A stretch of 64,000 bases of DNA from Candidatus Woesearchaeota archaeon (lineage in GTDB: Archaea > Nanobdellota > Nanobdellia > Woesearchaeales > JABGXB01): assembly GCA_018675975.1 (NCBI GenBank), contig JABGXB010000003.1, forward strand, positions 2,181-66,180, in the 5' to 3' direction. Within the stretch, counting starts at the first letter, position 1. Each line of letters begins with the position of its first letter. A model generated the notes under the pieces. It ran no database searches. It was not told where the DNA came from and saw only the letters and a list, made by a program, of their open reading frames with translations. This document shows, piece by piece, positions 9,559 to 18,306 of the stretch. The position numbers and the translations under genes were made by a program.

Positions 9559-9963
9559 TTAATTAAATGGATTAAATCCTTGTTTGAGTAAATTTTTAAT
9601 AGGTAAAAATAATGGTTCTGGTAACTTATTCCATTCAAACCAATCCATTGCCGCACATTTGTGAGGTTCTTTTATTTCCAATTCACCAGATTCATAATCA
9701 CATACTAAAAAAATTGTAATATAATGTTTTTTTTCTTCTTTAAACATATCATTTGTTAATTTTACATAATTTAGATTTTTCACATGAATTCCAATTTCTT
9801 CATCAATTTCTCTTAATGCACATTCTTCAAATGATTCATTAAATTATAAATGTCCACCAGCAAAACACCATGAATTAGATCCATGTTTATTTATTCTTTT
9901 TAGAAGAAGAACTTTATCTTTTTTTTTAATAATTACACCAATGCCAACTTTTGGTCTTTCCAT
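9559..9963 (-). pseudogene. Nudix (MutT-type) hydrolase interrupted by an in-frame TAA inside the Nudix box
   Basis: Hand translation gives MERPKVGIGVIIKKKDKVLLLKRINKHGSNSWCFAGGHL*FNESFEECALREIDEEIGIHVKN..., continuing in the same frame into the track ORF 9559-9783. The Nudix box GX5EX7REUXEEXGU is intact except for the stop at 9844-9846, where such boxes commonly read GGHLE (GAA to TAA is one substitution). Confidence 0.75.
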
Positions 9964-9972
9964 TTTTATATA

Positions 9973-10962
9973 TTATTTCTTATTTTTCTTTTTGGATTTT
10001 TTTTTAGTTTTTTTACTAATTAATAATCCTTTATTTTTTCTTTCTATATTTTCAATTATTTTATTATTTCTTTTTACTTTATTTAATTTATTTTTTAACA
10101 TTTCTATAATTTGGTCTATATTTTTATAATAAGTTTTTCTAGATACTAATACTAATTTTCTTTTTTGATCCTTAGTTAATTTATTTTCTACTGGATTTTT
10201 ATTATTAATTTTAACTAAATCCTTTCTTTTTAATAATTCAGATTCGATTTGATTTTCTTTATTATAAAATAATCTTATGAATAATATCACACAAATTAAT
10301 ATTAAAAATATAATCATTACATTTAATACTAAAGTATTTTCTTCTTCTAAATTATCATTTACTTTTTCTAATTCAATTATTTGTTTATCTTTTAATTGAT
10401 CAGATTTGCCAAATTTATTATCATATTCTAATAATTTAATTGATAATATTTTTTTATTTTCTTTTTGTCCATATATTGAAAATTCAGTATCGTCAATTGA
10501 ATCTCCATTCAAATCAAATAATTTTGTTTTATCATTATAAACGATATAATTAAAATTATCGATATTAATAATTGTATAATTTTTTTTAATATCTAATATC
10601 TTAATTTTTATTGGATTATTTTTTATATGTAAATCGAAATTAAAATTATCAATAATATTTATTATTGCATTTGAATTCTGAATGTCAAAATAAATAGTTT
10701 GATTCTTTTTAACTAAATTAATATCAAAATCATTACAATGTATTTCTTCATTAATTGGATTAATAATTTCAAATGATGGATCTATATTATATTTATTATT
10801 GCAAAAATCCATGATTCCACATTGCCTAATTTGTTTATTATCTGAACATCCTGAAAATTCTGTACATGAATATGCTATATTTGAACATTCTTGGCTATTA
10901 ACTAAATTAAAACTAAAAATTGTAAATAATACAATAAATATAATTAAAATCCTATACTTCAT
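9973..10962 (-). CDS. Exported/membrane protein: Cys-rich N-terminal module, one TM segment, Lys-rich cytoplasmic tail
   Basis: Signal peptide MKYRILIIFIVLFTIFSFNLVNS, then CSNIAYSCTEFSGCSDNKQIRQCGIMDFC, the TM LVLNVMIIFLILICVILFIRLF, and a K-rich C-terminus. Confidence 0.6.
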   Translation of the reverse strand: MKYRILIIFIVLFTIFSFNLVNSQECSNIAYSCTEFSGCSDNKQIRQCGIMDFCNNKYNIDPSFEIINPINEEIHCNDFDINLVKKNQTIYFDIQNSNAIINIIDNFNFDLHIKNNPIKIKILDIKKNYTIINIDNFNYIVYNDKTKLFDLNGDSIDDTEFSIYGQKENKKILSIKLLEYDNKFGKSDQLKDKQIIELEKVNDNLEEENTLVLNVMIIFLILICVILFIRLFYNKENQIESELLKRKDLVKINNKNPVENKLTKDQKRKLVLVSRKTYYKNIDQIIEMLKNKLNKVKRNNKIIENIERKNKGLLISKKTKKKSKKKNKK

Positions 10963-11034
10963 ATTATTTTTTATTGAAATGTGTTTTATAAACTTTAATA
11001 TTTATGGATTATATTTAACAATAGAAAAATATAA

Positions 11035-11478
11035 TTAATTTGATTTTAATTCAGGTTTATTTTCAATAATCATTTTATACTCAGTTAAAAAAAAACTATT
11101 AATCTTTTTTTTTGTTTCAGCCCATAATTCTTTTGTTTGATTTTCATATTCACGTAATGAATCATAACCTGGAATTAGATCAAACTTTAATAAAATTATT
11201 TTGCCATCACATTTAAAAGAATGTTCAGTGTTAAAATGTGCAAATGTAAATGGACTTTCTTTTTTTAAAATTTGACCACTTATAGATAAAGTTCCTATGT
11301 CTTTTTCTGAAGAATTAGTTTCTAAATCATAAAGAAAATTCTTAAAGTATTCAGTTTTATATCTCACATCAGCTAGCATTGTATTTGAAACATATTCAAA
11401 TAATTTTTCAGTTTCTTCTAAATTTAAAGGATGTTTGAAATTTATTATTGTTAAATCTACTAATTCTTGTAATGACAT
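11035..11478 (-). CDS. Hypothetical protein
   Basis: 147-aa ORF with non-repetitive composition. No family recognised. Confidence 0.5.
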   Translation of the reverse strand: MSLQELVDLTIINFKHPLNLEETEKLFEYVSNTMLADVRYKTEYFKNFLYDLETNSSEKDIGTLSISGQILKKESPFTFAHFNTEHSFKCDGKIILLKFDLIPGYDSLREYENQTKELWAETKKKINSFFLTEYKMIIENKPELKSN

Positions 11479-11599
11479 AATAATAATTAAATTATTAATT
11501 ATTTAAGCTTATACATGATATAAAATAGATGATAATATTTAAACTGTATATTCTAATAATCAATAATTATTGTAAATAAAAATAATTTTATCACAATTT

Positions 11600-14428
11600 T
11601 TAATATCCAAATAGCTTTTTTTGATTGCTTCCTTTTAAGACATCATCAAAAGTTAAGTCAAAAAATAAAAATATACTCTCTGCAATAGGTTTTATTTGTT
11701 TTTCAATATAATGTTCATAATCAATTTTACTATTCAATTTCTGAATTGGTTGTGGTCCATCAATAGTTAAATAATAAATAATAATATCATTTTCAATTTT
11801 ATCTAATAATTTTGCTGCTTTTACATGTGGTGGTGTCATTTTAGTATAACTATCAACACTTTTTCTAAGTCCTTTTCTATATTGTAATTTATCATCAAAT
11901 TTACCGGATTTAATATCATCAATTGTTTTTTTAGTAAAATTAATTAGTTTTTGTTGTGGGTTTTTATTATTAAAAATAATATCTAATAGACCTAATTGAA
12001 ATTCTTTAGCAGCTTCAACCCAATCACGCCTTACTGCTTCTAATCCAACTACATCAATTTTCTCTTTTCCATTTCTTTTTCTTTTAATTCCTGCATATCT
12101 TTTTTTAGCACCACCTAATTGGCCACGAACTTTTGGCAGAATAAATTTTCTATATACTTTTTCAAATTCTAATTCAATATAATTTTTACGATTAAATTTA
12201 TTTTTAATTAATTTATCTAAATATTTATTAATTTCATTTATAATATTATCTCCTAAATCTAATATTTTTTTATCATCTGTTATTTTCGCATTAACAAAAA
12301 TTGAATCTGTATCTCCATAAATAATTTCAAAATCTTTTTCTTGTAATAATTCAGCTGTTTTTTTAATTATAGTTCTTGCAAATGCAGTTACACTTCCTGC
12401 AATATCTGTTGAATAAAATCTATAATACGGAGATGCTAAACTTCCATAAAATGATACCATAATAACTTTAATTGCATAACTTTTAATATCATCATTTTCT
12501 TCTTTTGCAATATCTCTTACTTTTAATAATTCTAATAATAATTCTGGTAAAATTGCATCTTTTAATTCAAACATTGCACCAGTGGGACTAATAACTATAT
12601 CTTGTTTAATTTTTTGATTAAAAAAATCTTCTTTATCAAATGGCTTATGTTTTTTTTCATTTTCAATATTTCCTAAATAAGTATATTTGTCAATATTTAA
12701 TGTAGCCATAATTGAAGGATATAATGATTTAAAATCAAATACTAAAATATTATCATAAATGCCTGGTATTGGATCACGAACATATCCACCTTCAATTGGA
12801 TCTTGTCTATTAAATTCTTTTCCATCAGGAATAACAATTTTTTTATTTTTAGCAGTAATTAAATATAAATAATCTAAAGTTGCAATTGCTTTATCTAATC
12901 GATCTATAGTCATACCAGTAATTTCACTTCTAGCAATTGCAATTTTAATAAAATCTTTTCCAACTATTATATCATAAACCAATTTTGAATCTATTAAATT
13001 ATATTCTAATAATTTATCATGATTTGAATCATATAATTTTTGAACATCAGAACCACTGGCAATTTTTTGTTCACCTAAAAATTCTTTTGCAACTGTATCT
13101 AATTTATAATCATTAAACTTAACAAAATTATCTTTTAGAATTGCAATACCATCAATAATAATTCTTCCAGGGACATAGCACGTAGATGTTTTTAAAAAAT
13201 TATCTTGAATAATAATTCTTGTCGAAAGAGGAACTCTTCCAAGATTGCAACTAATTTTATTAAATTTCATACGTTTATATATAAAATTAAAATCAAAGTC
13301 AATAACTGCCCAACCTGTAATTATATCTGGATCTAATTTATGTATTATTTCAATAAATTTATTTAATAATTTCTTTTCATCATTAACTATTATTATTTCA
13401 AAATTTTGTTTTTGTTTTAATTTAGCTTTTTCATGATTAAAAATTACGATTTTATTATTTTTATCATAAAATGATATAGAAATTATTTTATCTTCAACTG
13501 TTTCAATATCAATTGAAAGTGTATTAATATATTTTTGCATATTCAATATTTCACTACACGCTGATATTTTAGGATTTAAAAAATAATTATCAATTTTTTG
13601 AAATTCATTCCATTCATATGAATGAAAATTTGAATTAATATTATCTCTTATTTTTTTTTCACATGGTTTTGAATCAATACATAATTTTGATTTTATTCTA
13701 TGGTCTGTTAAAAACTTTACCATCAAATTAATATCTTTTTCATTTTTTTCAATATCATTAAATAGTTTAGAAAAAACATCTAATTTTGAATCATTTAAAT
13801 ATACAATTTTTATTACATTATGGTCATTAAAATCATTTAATTTTGTATTTTCAAAAAAAATATTTATGAATTCAATAGATTCTTTTAATATAATATTAAA
13901 TTCATCTAATGTCAAATTTTCTTTAATTAAATTATAAAATTTATTAAACTGTTTTTGAATTATTTTAATTTCATAACTATCTATAGTATTTAATATTTTA
14001 CTATCTTCTTTATTATTAGTATTTTTATGTGAATTAAATTCTTCAACTTTATTTATGAAATAAATTTCATTATCACTTAACCAATTTTTTAATTCTTTTT
14101 TTAAATCTTTTATAGTTGTATTTCTTTCTTTATTTAAATAATTTGTATTATATTTTTCATTATTAATTTTATCAAAATGATTATTAAATTTAATAAAAAT
14201 ATTATTAATTATTTCATCTTTTGAATCTAGAAATTCTTTAGATATTTTATTAATATTATTAATTTGTTTTACAAAATTGCTTTTTTTTGAATTTTTTATA
14301 TAAAAATAAGGAAAATATTTAGATTTAATTAAAAATGTCTTATTTTGAATATCTTTTCCAATTATATAACAATATGGGATTTTATTATGTAATTTTAAAA
14401 ATGTTTGTAAAATGAAGCCTTTGTACAT
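11600..14428 (-). CDS. polB: Family B DNA polymerase
   Basis: Exo I LSIDIET, Exo II ITGWAVIDFDFNF, Exo III YNLIDSKLVYD, Pol A DFKSLYPSI, Pol B KVIMVSFYG, Pol C YGDTDS. Confidence 0.93.
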   Translation of the reverse strand: MYKGFILQTFLKLHNKIPYCYIIGKDIQNKTFLIKSKYFPYFYIKNSKKSNFVKQINNINKISKEFLDSKDEIINNIFIKFNNHFDKINNEKYNTNYLNKERNTTIKDLKKELKNWLSDNEIYFINKVEEFNSHKNTNNKEDSKILNTIDSYEIKIIQKQFNKFYNLIKENLTLDEFNIILKESIEFINIFFENTKLNDFNDHNVIKIVYLNDSKLDVFSKLFNDIEKNEKDINLMVKFLTDHRIKSKLCIDSKPCEKKIRDNINSNFHSYEWNEFQKIDNYFLNPKISACSEILNMQKYINTLSIDIETVEDKIISISFYDKNNKIVIFNHEKAKLKQKQNFEIIIVNDEKKLLNKFIEIIHKLDPDIITGWAVIDFDFNFIYKRMKFNKISCNLGRVPLSTRIIIQDNFLKTSTCYVPGRIIIDGIAILKDNFVKFNDYKLDTVAKEFLGEQKIASGSDVQKLYDSNHDKLLEYNLIDSKLVYDIIVGKDFIKIAIARSEITGMTIDRLDKAIATLDYLYLITAKNKKIVIPDGKEFNRQDPIEGGYVRDPIPGIYDNILVFDFKSLYPSIMATLNIDKYTYLGNIENEKKHKPFDKEDFFNQKIKQDIVISPTGAMFELKDAILPELLLELLKVRDIAKEENDDIKSYAIKVIMVSFYGSLASPYYRFYSTDIAGSVTAFARTIIKKTAELLQEKDFEIIYGDTDSIFVNAKITDDKKILDLGDNIINEINKYLDKLIKNKFNRKNYIELEFEKVYRKFILPKVRGQLGGAKKRYAGIKRKRNGKEKIDVVGLEAVRRDWVEAAKEFQLGLLDIIFNNKNPQQKLINFTKKTIDDIKSGKFDDKLQYRKGLRKSVDSYTKMTPPHVKAAKLLDKIENDIIIYYLTIDGPQPIQKLNSKIDYEHYIEKQIKPIAESIFLFFDLTFDDVLKGSNQKKLFGY

Positions 14429-14448
14429 ATTATATTAGATATTTTTTA

Positions 14449-14458
14449 TTTTATAAAA
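14449..14458 (-). promoter_or_regulatory. Putative TATA box for polB
   Basis: TTTTATAAAA lies 21-30 nt upstream of the polB ATG (14428 on the minus strand). Confidence 0.4.
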
Positions 14459-14465
14459 TTGTTGA

Positions 14466-14493
14466 AATAAAAAAAAATAAAAAAAAAATAAAA
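14466..14493 (-). terminator. Oligo-T tract (archaeal-type terminator) immediately after the lipoprotein gene stop
   Basis: On the minus strand the stop at 14494 is followed by TAATTTTATTTTTTTTTTATTTTTTTTTATTTC. Archaeal termination typically occurs at T-runs. Confidence 0.4.
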
Positions 14494-14829
14494 TTATTCT
14501 TCAGGTAATTGTGGAGGTGCTGTATCTTCGCCTTCTGCAGCGTCACTTCCTTCTGATCCTTCTTCAGCATCACTTCCTTCTGATCCTTCTTCAGCGTCAC
14601 TTCCTTCTGATCCTTCTTCAGCATCACTTCCTTCTGATCCTTCTTCAGCGTCACTTCCTTCTGATCCTTCTTCAGAATCACTTCCTTCTGATCCTTCTTC
14701 AGAATCACTTCCTTCTGATCCTTCACTTCCTTCTTCATTATCACTTGGTGACTCAACACTTTCTGGTGCTGCACATCCAACTAATAATAAACTAAAAGCT
14801 ACAATCAGTAAAAATATTGCTTTTTTCAT
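14494..14829 (-). CDS. Putative lipoprotein with a highly acidic EEGSEGSD(A/S) tandem-repeat region
   Basis: MKKAIFLLIVAFSLLLVGC is a signal peptide with a lipobox-like LVGC. It is followed by about 7 copies of EEGSEGSD[SA]. The track ORF begins 4 codons earlier (14841); MKK at 14829 is the more plausible start. Confidence 0.7.
   Translation of the reverse strand: MKKAIFLLIVAFSLLLVGCAAPESVESPSDNEEGSEGSEGSDSEEGSEGSDSEEGSEGSDAEEGSEGSDAEEGSEGSDAEEGSEGSDAEEGSEGSDAAEGEDTAPPQLPEE
14543..14737. repeat. 27-bp head-to-tail tandem repeat, about 7 copies, inside the lipoprotein CDS
   Basis: The unit tcacttccttctgatccttcttcagcN starts at 14543, 14570, 14597, 14624, 14651, 14678 and 14705 (last copy partial). 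Copies differ almost only at the wobble-equivalent last bases (gca/gcg/gaa). Confidence 0.9.
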
Positions 14830-15018
14830 TTTTAGCCTCATAATTTTTTCTATTATTTTCTTAAAAAATAATAGTAACTGTACTTAAACATACATTCTAA
14901 ATATATATATACTTTTTTCCTTTAAAAATATATTGTACTTACTTAATATATTTTCTTATTATAAATTTATTATTATCTTTATAAAAATATTTATAACTAT
15001 CCAGTAATTAATATATTT

Positions 15019-15378
15019 GTGAAGAAATATTTTCTATTATTGACTTTGTATGGAACTAGTTTTGCTAGTGATTATTCTATATTTGATATTAGTCCAAGGA
15101 GTGAATATAAACTAAATATTTCAACTCATGATAGACTTGAGATTAATAATTACCAATCATTAAGTCCAATAGAAAAATTATTATATATTCATAATAAAGA
15201 ACAAAAGTTACAAATGAATATTGAATTTAATTTGGATGAAAAAAATAAAAAAAAAAGAAAGTCAAAATTAGAAAATTTAAATATAATTAAATTTTTTAAA
15301 GACCTTCATACTCCAATAAATCGAAATAATCGAATAAAATTTCGTGGTACTGAATTACTTTATAAGAAATCTTTCTAA
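15019..15378 (+). CDS. Hypothetical exported protein (GTG start)
   Basis: Signal-like N-terminus MKKYFLLLTLYGTSFA. No family recognised. Confidence 0.4.
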   Translation: MKKYFLLLTLYGTSFASDYSIFDISPRSEYKLNISTHDRLEINNYQSLSPIEKLLYIHNKEQKLQMNIEFNLDEKNKKKRKSKLENLNIIKFFKDLHTPINRNNRIKFRGTELLYKKSF

Positions 15379-16455
15379 TACTTGATAATTAGAAACACAT
15401 TTTTGTTCTTTACAATGAAAATTTTCTCCACACATATTTGAAAATAAACATTTTTCATTTGATTTATCTAATTTATCTATACGAGAAAATCTATTGAAAA
15501 AATTTTCTTTTTTTTCAATTATATTATTAACAACAGTACCATTACAATTAGTTTCTAAATATAAGTCAATCCATAAATCATAAATTTCTAAGTTTAACCC
15601 TGGATTAATATTTTTTGCTTCAATTCCTTTTATTGGAATTGGACACGCATAATATGCTGGTTCAGTTTTATATGGAATTGTAAAATTATGGGTAGCCTGA
15701 CAAATTTCATTATTTTTTTTATTTAATGTAATTATTTGTTCTTTTTGATTTAATCCAAAATGAAATTTTGTATTTTGACATATTTTTAAATTTTGAGAGA
15801 AACAAATTGGATCATTTAAACAGTCATTTGATTTATATTTAGAATTTTTACATTCAATTAATTTTCCATTATTAAATGAACAATTTAATATATTTTCATT
15901 TTGATTATTAACAATAAATTCTCCATCATAATTTCCATTATTATAATTAATTTCTAATATTGTTGTATTATTAATTTTTAAAATATTTTTTCCATGTAAT
16001 TTTCCATTATAATATTGTAATAATTCATACTCTTCATTTAAATTTAATATTGTATCTCCATGAAGAATACCATTAAAAAAATTACTGGACTGTATTGTTT
16101 TATTATCGACAATAATATATGATAATCCATGTAAATTTCCATTTTTATGATTTTGTATAATTGTTCTATTATTACTTTTTTTAATAACTTGACCATCAAT
16201 TTTTCCATTAATATAGGGAATAGTGGAAATTAAATTTCCATTAATATCATATTCAGCTGATAATAAAGGTAATTTTTGTTTATCAAGACAAGTATACCAA
16301 TGTAAATCTCCATTTTCATAATTAATTATTTGTTTATCAAAACATTGTAAGGTAGTATTAGTTTGATTAGAATTATTTACATTAGTATTAGTTTCAATAT
16401 TAAAATACATTAATATAATCAAACAAAATAAAACAATAAATATTATTTTTTTCAT
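15355..16455 (-). CDS. Exported protein with MORN-variant (YwqK-like) repeats and a Cys-rich C-terminal half
   Basis: Signal peptide MKKIIFIVLFCLIILMYF. Repeated NG-x-hydrophobic-x-G units follow: INGKIDGQVI, KNGNLHGLSYI, FNGILHGDTIL, YNGKLHGKNIL, NNGNYDGEFIV, NNGKLIEC. Confidence 0.6.
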   Translation of the reverse strand: MKKIIFIVLFCLIILMYFNIETNTNVNNSNQTNTTLQCFDKQIINYENGDLHWYTCLDKQKLPLLSAEYDINGNLISTIPYINGKIDGQVIKKSNNRTIIQNHKNGNLHGLSYIIVDNKTIQSSNFFNGILHGDTILNLNEEYELLQYYNGKLHGKNILKINNTTILEINYNNGNYDGEFIVNNQNENILNCSFNNGKLIECKNSKYKSNDCLNDPICFSQNLKICQNTKFHFGLNQKEQIITLNKKNNEICQATHNFTIPYKTEPAYYACPIPIKGIEAKNINPGLNLEIYDLWIDLYLETNCNGTVVNNIIEKKENFFNRFSRIDKLDKSNEKCLFSNMCGENFHCKEQKCVSNYQVLERFLIK

Positions 16456-16494
16456 AATTTTAAAAAAAGATTATATTTTATAAAAATTAGGGTA

Positions 16495-16812
16495 TTAATT
16501 TAGACAGTCGTCAATAAATTCTTTTAAACCAGCTTTATCAACCGCACCCATTCTTCTACTTACTTCAACTCCATTATTAAAAAATATCACTGTTGGAATT
16601 GATCTTATTGATAATTCTGCTCCAGTATTACTTGAATCATCAACATTTAATTTTACAAATTTAACTTGATTTTTATAATTTTTAGAAACATCTTCAAATA
16701 TTGGGGCAAAGTTTTTACAAGGACCACACCAATCCGCAAAACAATCAATTATAACTGGTACATTACTTTTTTTAACTTCTGCATCAAAATTTTTATCATT
16801 AACTATGTCCAT
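16495..16812 (-). CDS. trxA: Thioredoxin
   Basis: 105 aa with the WCGPC active site and typical thioredoxin length and layout. Confidence 0.9.
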   Translation of the reverse strand: MDIVNDKNFDAEVKKSNVPVIIDCFADWCGPCKNFAPIFEDVSKNYKNQVKFVKLNVDDSSNTGAELSIRSIPTVIFFNNGVEVSRRMGAVDKAGLKEFIDDCLN

Positions 16813-16879
16813 TTTTCAAACCTATCTTTTTTTGTAATGAAAGAAATTTGAATGTTTTTATAAAACTTTTTAATAATTT

Positions 16880-17119
16880 TTAACTATGTTTTATATGAAA
16901 GTTTTTTATTAATTCGACAATGCTAAATAAAACCCAAACTACATTTAATATTAAAAAAGGTAAGGAATTTAATAGAAAAGCATAATATGTTAATAAAACA
17001 CTTCCAAAAATATTTATAATAAAAAAATAAATTGAATGATTATCAAGCAATTCAATTGAATTTAAAATATAGGCTAATAAAATTAATGACAAACCTATAT
17101 AACCAAATATATCGTCCAT
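16880..17119 (-). CDS. Small membrane protein (about 3 TM), unknown function
   Basis: 79 aa, almost entirely hydrophobic helices. Confidence 0.5.
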   Translation of the reverse strand: MDDIFGYIGLSLILLAYILNSIELLDNHSIYFFIINIFGSVLLTYYAFLLNSLPFLILNVVWVLFSIVELIKNFHIKHS

Positions 17120-17153
17120 ATAATTTTATTATTGTTTGCATTTAAAAATCTAA

Positions 17154-18296
17154 TTAAGGTAACCAAGTTTTTCTATTTTTTAATTTATTTGGTAAATAAG
17201 TATCTAGAACATAGTTTAAACCTTGTGCTGCAAAGGCTTGCTGCTCTGCTCTCACTCCTAATTTAATTAAATGATTTATTGCTTTTTCCCATTCTTTATA
17301 ATTATGTACAAATGGATCATTTTTAATTGCATCTTTTCCACGTTTAATATCTTGTGGTTCAAGTGGGTGAGTTGGTAAATTATAATCAATTATATCTTGT
17401 GGTGTAACACCTAAAAATTTAGCACTAGGTACACAAAAAAATTCATTTATGTGAGCTGAATTTCCTGAACCTACTTTTAATGTTCTATAAATATTCATAT
17501 ATCCATAAAAGTCCCCATCAGTAAATACATGAACATCTAATTTACATGAATCAGATAATCTTCTTGCAAATCTTCTTGTTGCACGAGTTGGAACTCCACC
17601 CATTGCTATAATTATACAATTATGTGATTCCCAAAATTTATGTTTGTGTAGTCGACTAAATAGTGCTTCTGTTTCAAGCATTAAAATAAATTTTGCTTTT
17701 GTTTTAAATACTAATTCTTCTACACGAGGTGGAATTGAATATGCTCCACTACCAAACTTAGTACAGTCAATTACATCTCCACTATCTTCTATAATTAATT
17801 TACCTGCAACTGAACCTCCTCGGTTTTGTGGAATATAACCTAATTTTTCTCTATTAAATCCAACCATAGCTTCCATATCATCTAATAAATCAAACGCTTC
17901 ATTCTCTTCTTTAAATCTGGCATCTCCCCATGACTTTGCATTATAGTATGCTTCTCTTTTACTAACAGTTTCATTTTTTAATGCAATTTCTTTTGCTTGA
18001 TTCATCAATAAAAGCATTTGAGAAAATGATTTTACTGAATTTGCATTTAATTTTTTTATTTTAGTTTTACCTAAATTTTTAAAATATCCTTCTTTTTGAT
18101 CATATTCTACATTACTTAATGATCTAATTGGAATTGATAGTTCAGGAAAAATTCTTTTTAAAATTCTTGAATATACATCTTTACTTAATTCTTTTAATCT
18201 TAAAATTACACTTTGATTATCCTTTGGTAATTTTTTAATATCAATTTTACTTAAATCTTCATTTGTTTGTGATAGTGAAACGTTTATTTTTACCAT
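17154..18296 (-). CDS. top6A: DNA topoisomerase VI subunit A (Spo11 family)
   Basis: 380 aa. Toprim acidic motifs LMLETEALF and VFTDGDFYG. Lies immediately downstream of top6B. Confidence 0.92.
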   Translation of the reverse strand: MVKINVSLSQTNEDLSKIDIKKLPKDNQSVILRLKELSKDVYSRILKRIFPELSIPIRSLSNVEYDQKEGYFKNLGKTKIKKLNANSVKSFSQMLLLMNQAKEIALKNETVSKREAYYNAKSWGDARFKEENEAFDLLDDMEAMVGFNREKLGYIPQNRGGSVAGKLIIEDSGDVIDCTKFGSGAYSIPPRVEELVFKTKAKFILMLETEALFSRLHKHKFWESHNCIIIAMGGVPTRATRRFARRLSDSCKLDVHVFTDGDFYGYMNIYRTLKVGSGNSAHINEFFCVPSAKFLGVTPQDIIDYNLPTHPLEPQDIKRGKDAIKNDPFVHNYKEWEKAINHLIKLGVRAEQQAFAAQGLNYVLDTYLPNKLKNRKTWLP

Positions 18297-18306
18297 TTTA
18301 ATTTAC

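Noticed and set aside
9288-9656. 122-aa minus-strand ORF overlapping 9244-9555 and the end of the Nudix pseudogene.
   Set aside because: It overlaps two better-supported frames. In particular, its 5' portion is out of frame with the Nudix reading frame, which carries a recognisable C-terminal domain.
9844-9846. Possibility that the in-frame TAA in the Nudix box signals stop-codon reassignment.
   Set aside because: TAA is the terminator of the large majority of well-supported genes in this window, and TGA also terminates several (for example 33421-33423, 38574-38576 and 57270-57272). The standard code fits everywhere else, so a point mutation or sequencing error is far more likely.
11600-14428. 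The extra length of PolB might be an intein.
   Set aside because: The extra sequence is in the N-terminal domain, not at the usual Pol-motif insertion sites. It lacks a Cys/Ser/Thr-initiated block A, a His-Asn C-terminal junction and homing-endonuclease motifs.
14451-14795. Two extra long ORFs (14451-14780 minus strand and 14511-14795 plus strand) overlapping the acidic lipoprotein gene. I also considered whether the regular 27-bp repeats could be a CRISPR array.
   Set aside because: Both ORFs are alternative-frame readings of the same 27-bp tandem repeat (KKDQKEV and HFLLILLQ repeats), with no signal peptide or context. The repeats are head-to-tail with no spacers and lie inside a frame that has a lipoprotein signal peptide, so this is not a CRISPR array.
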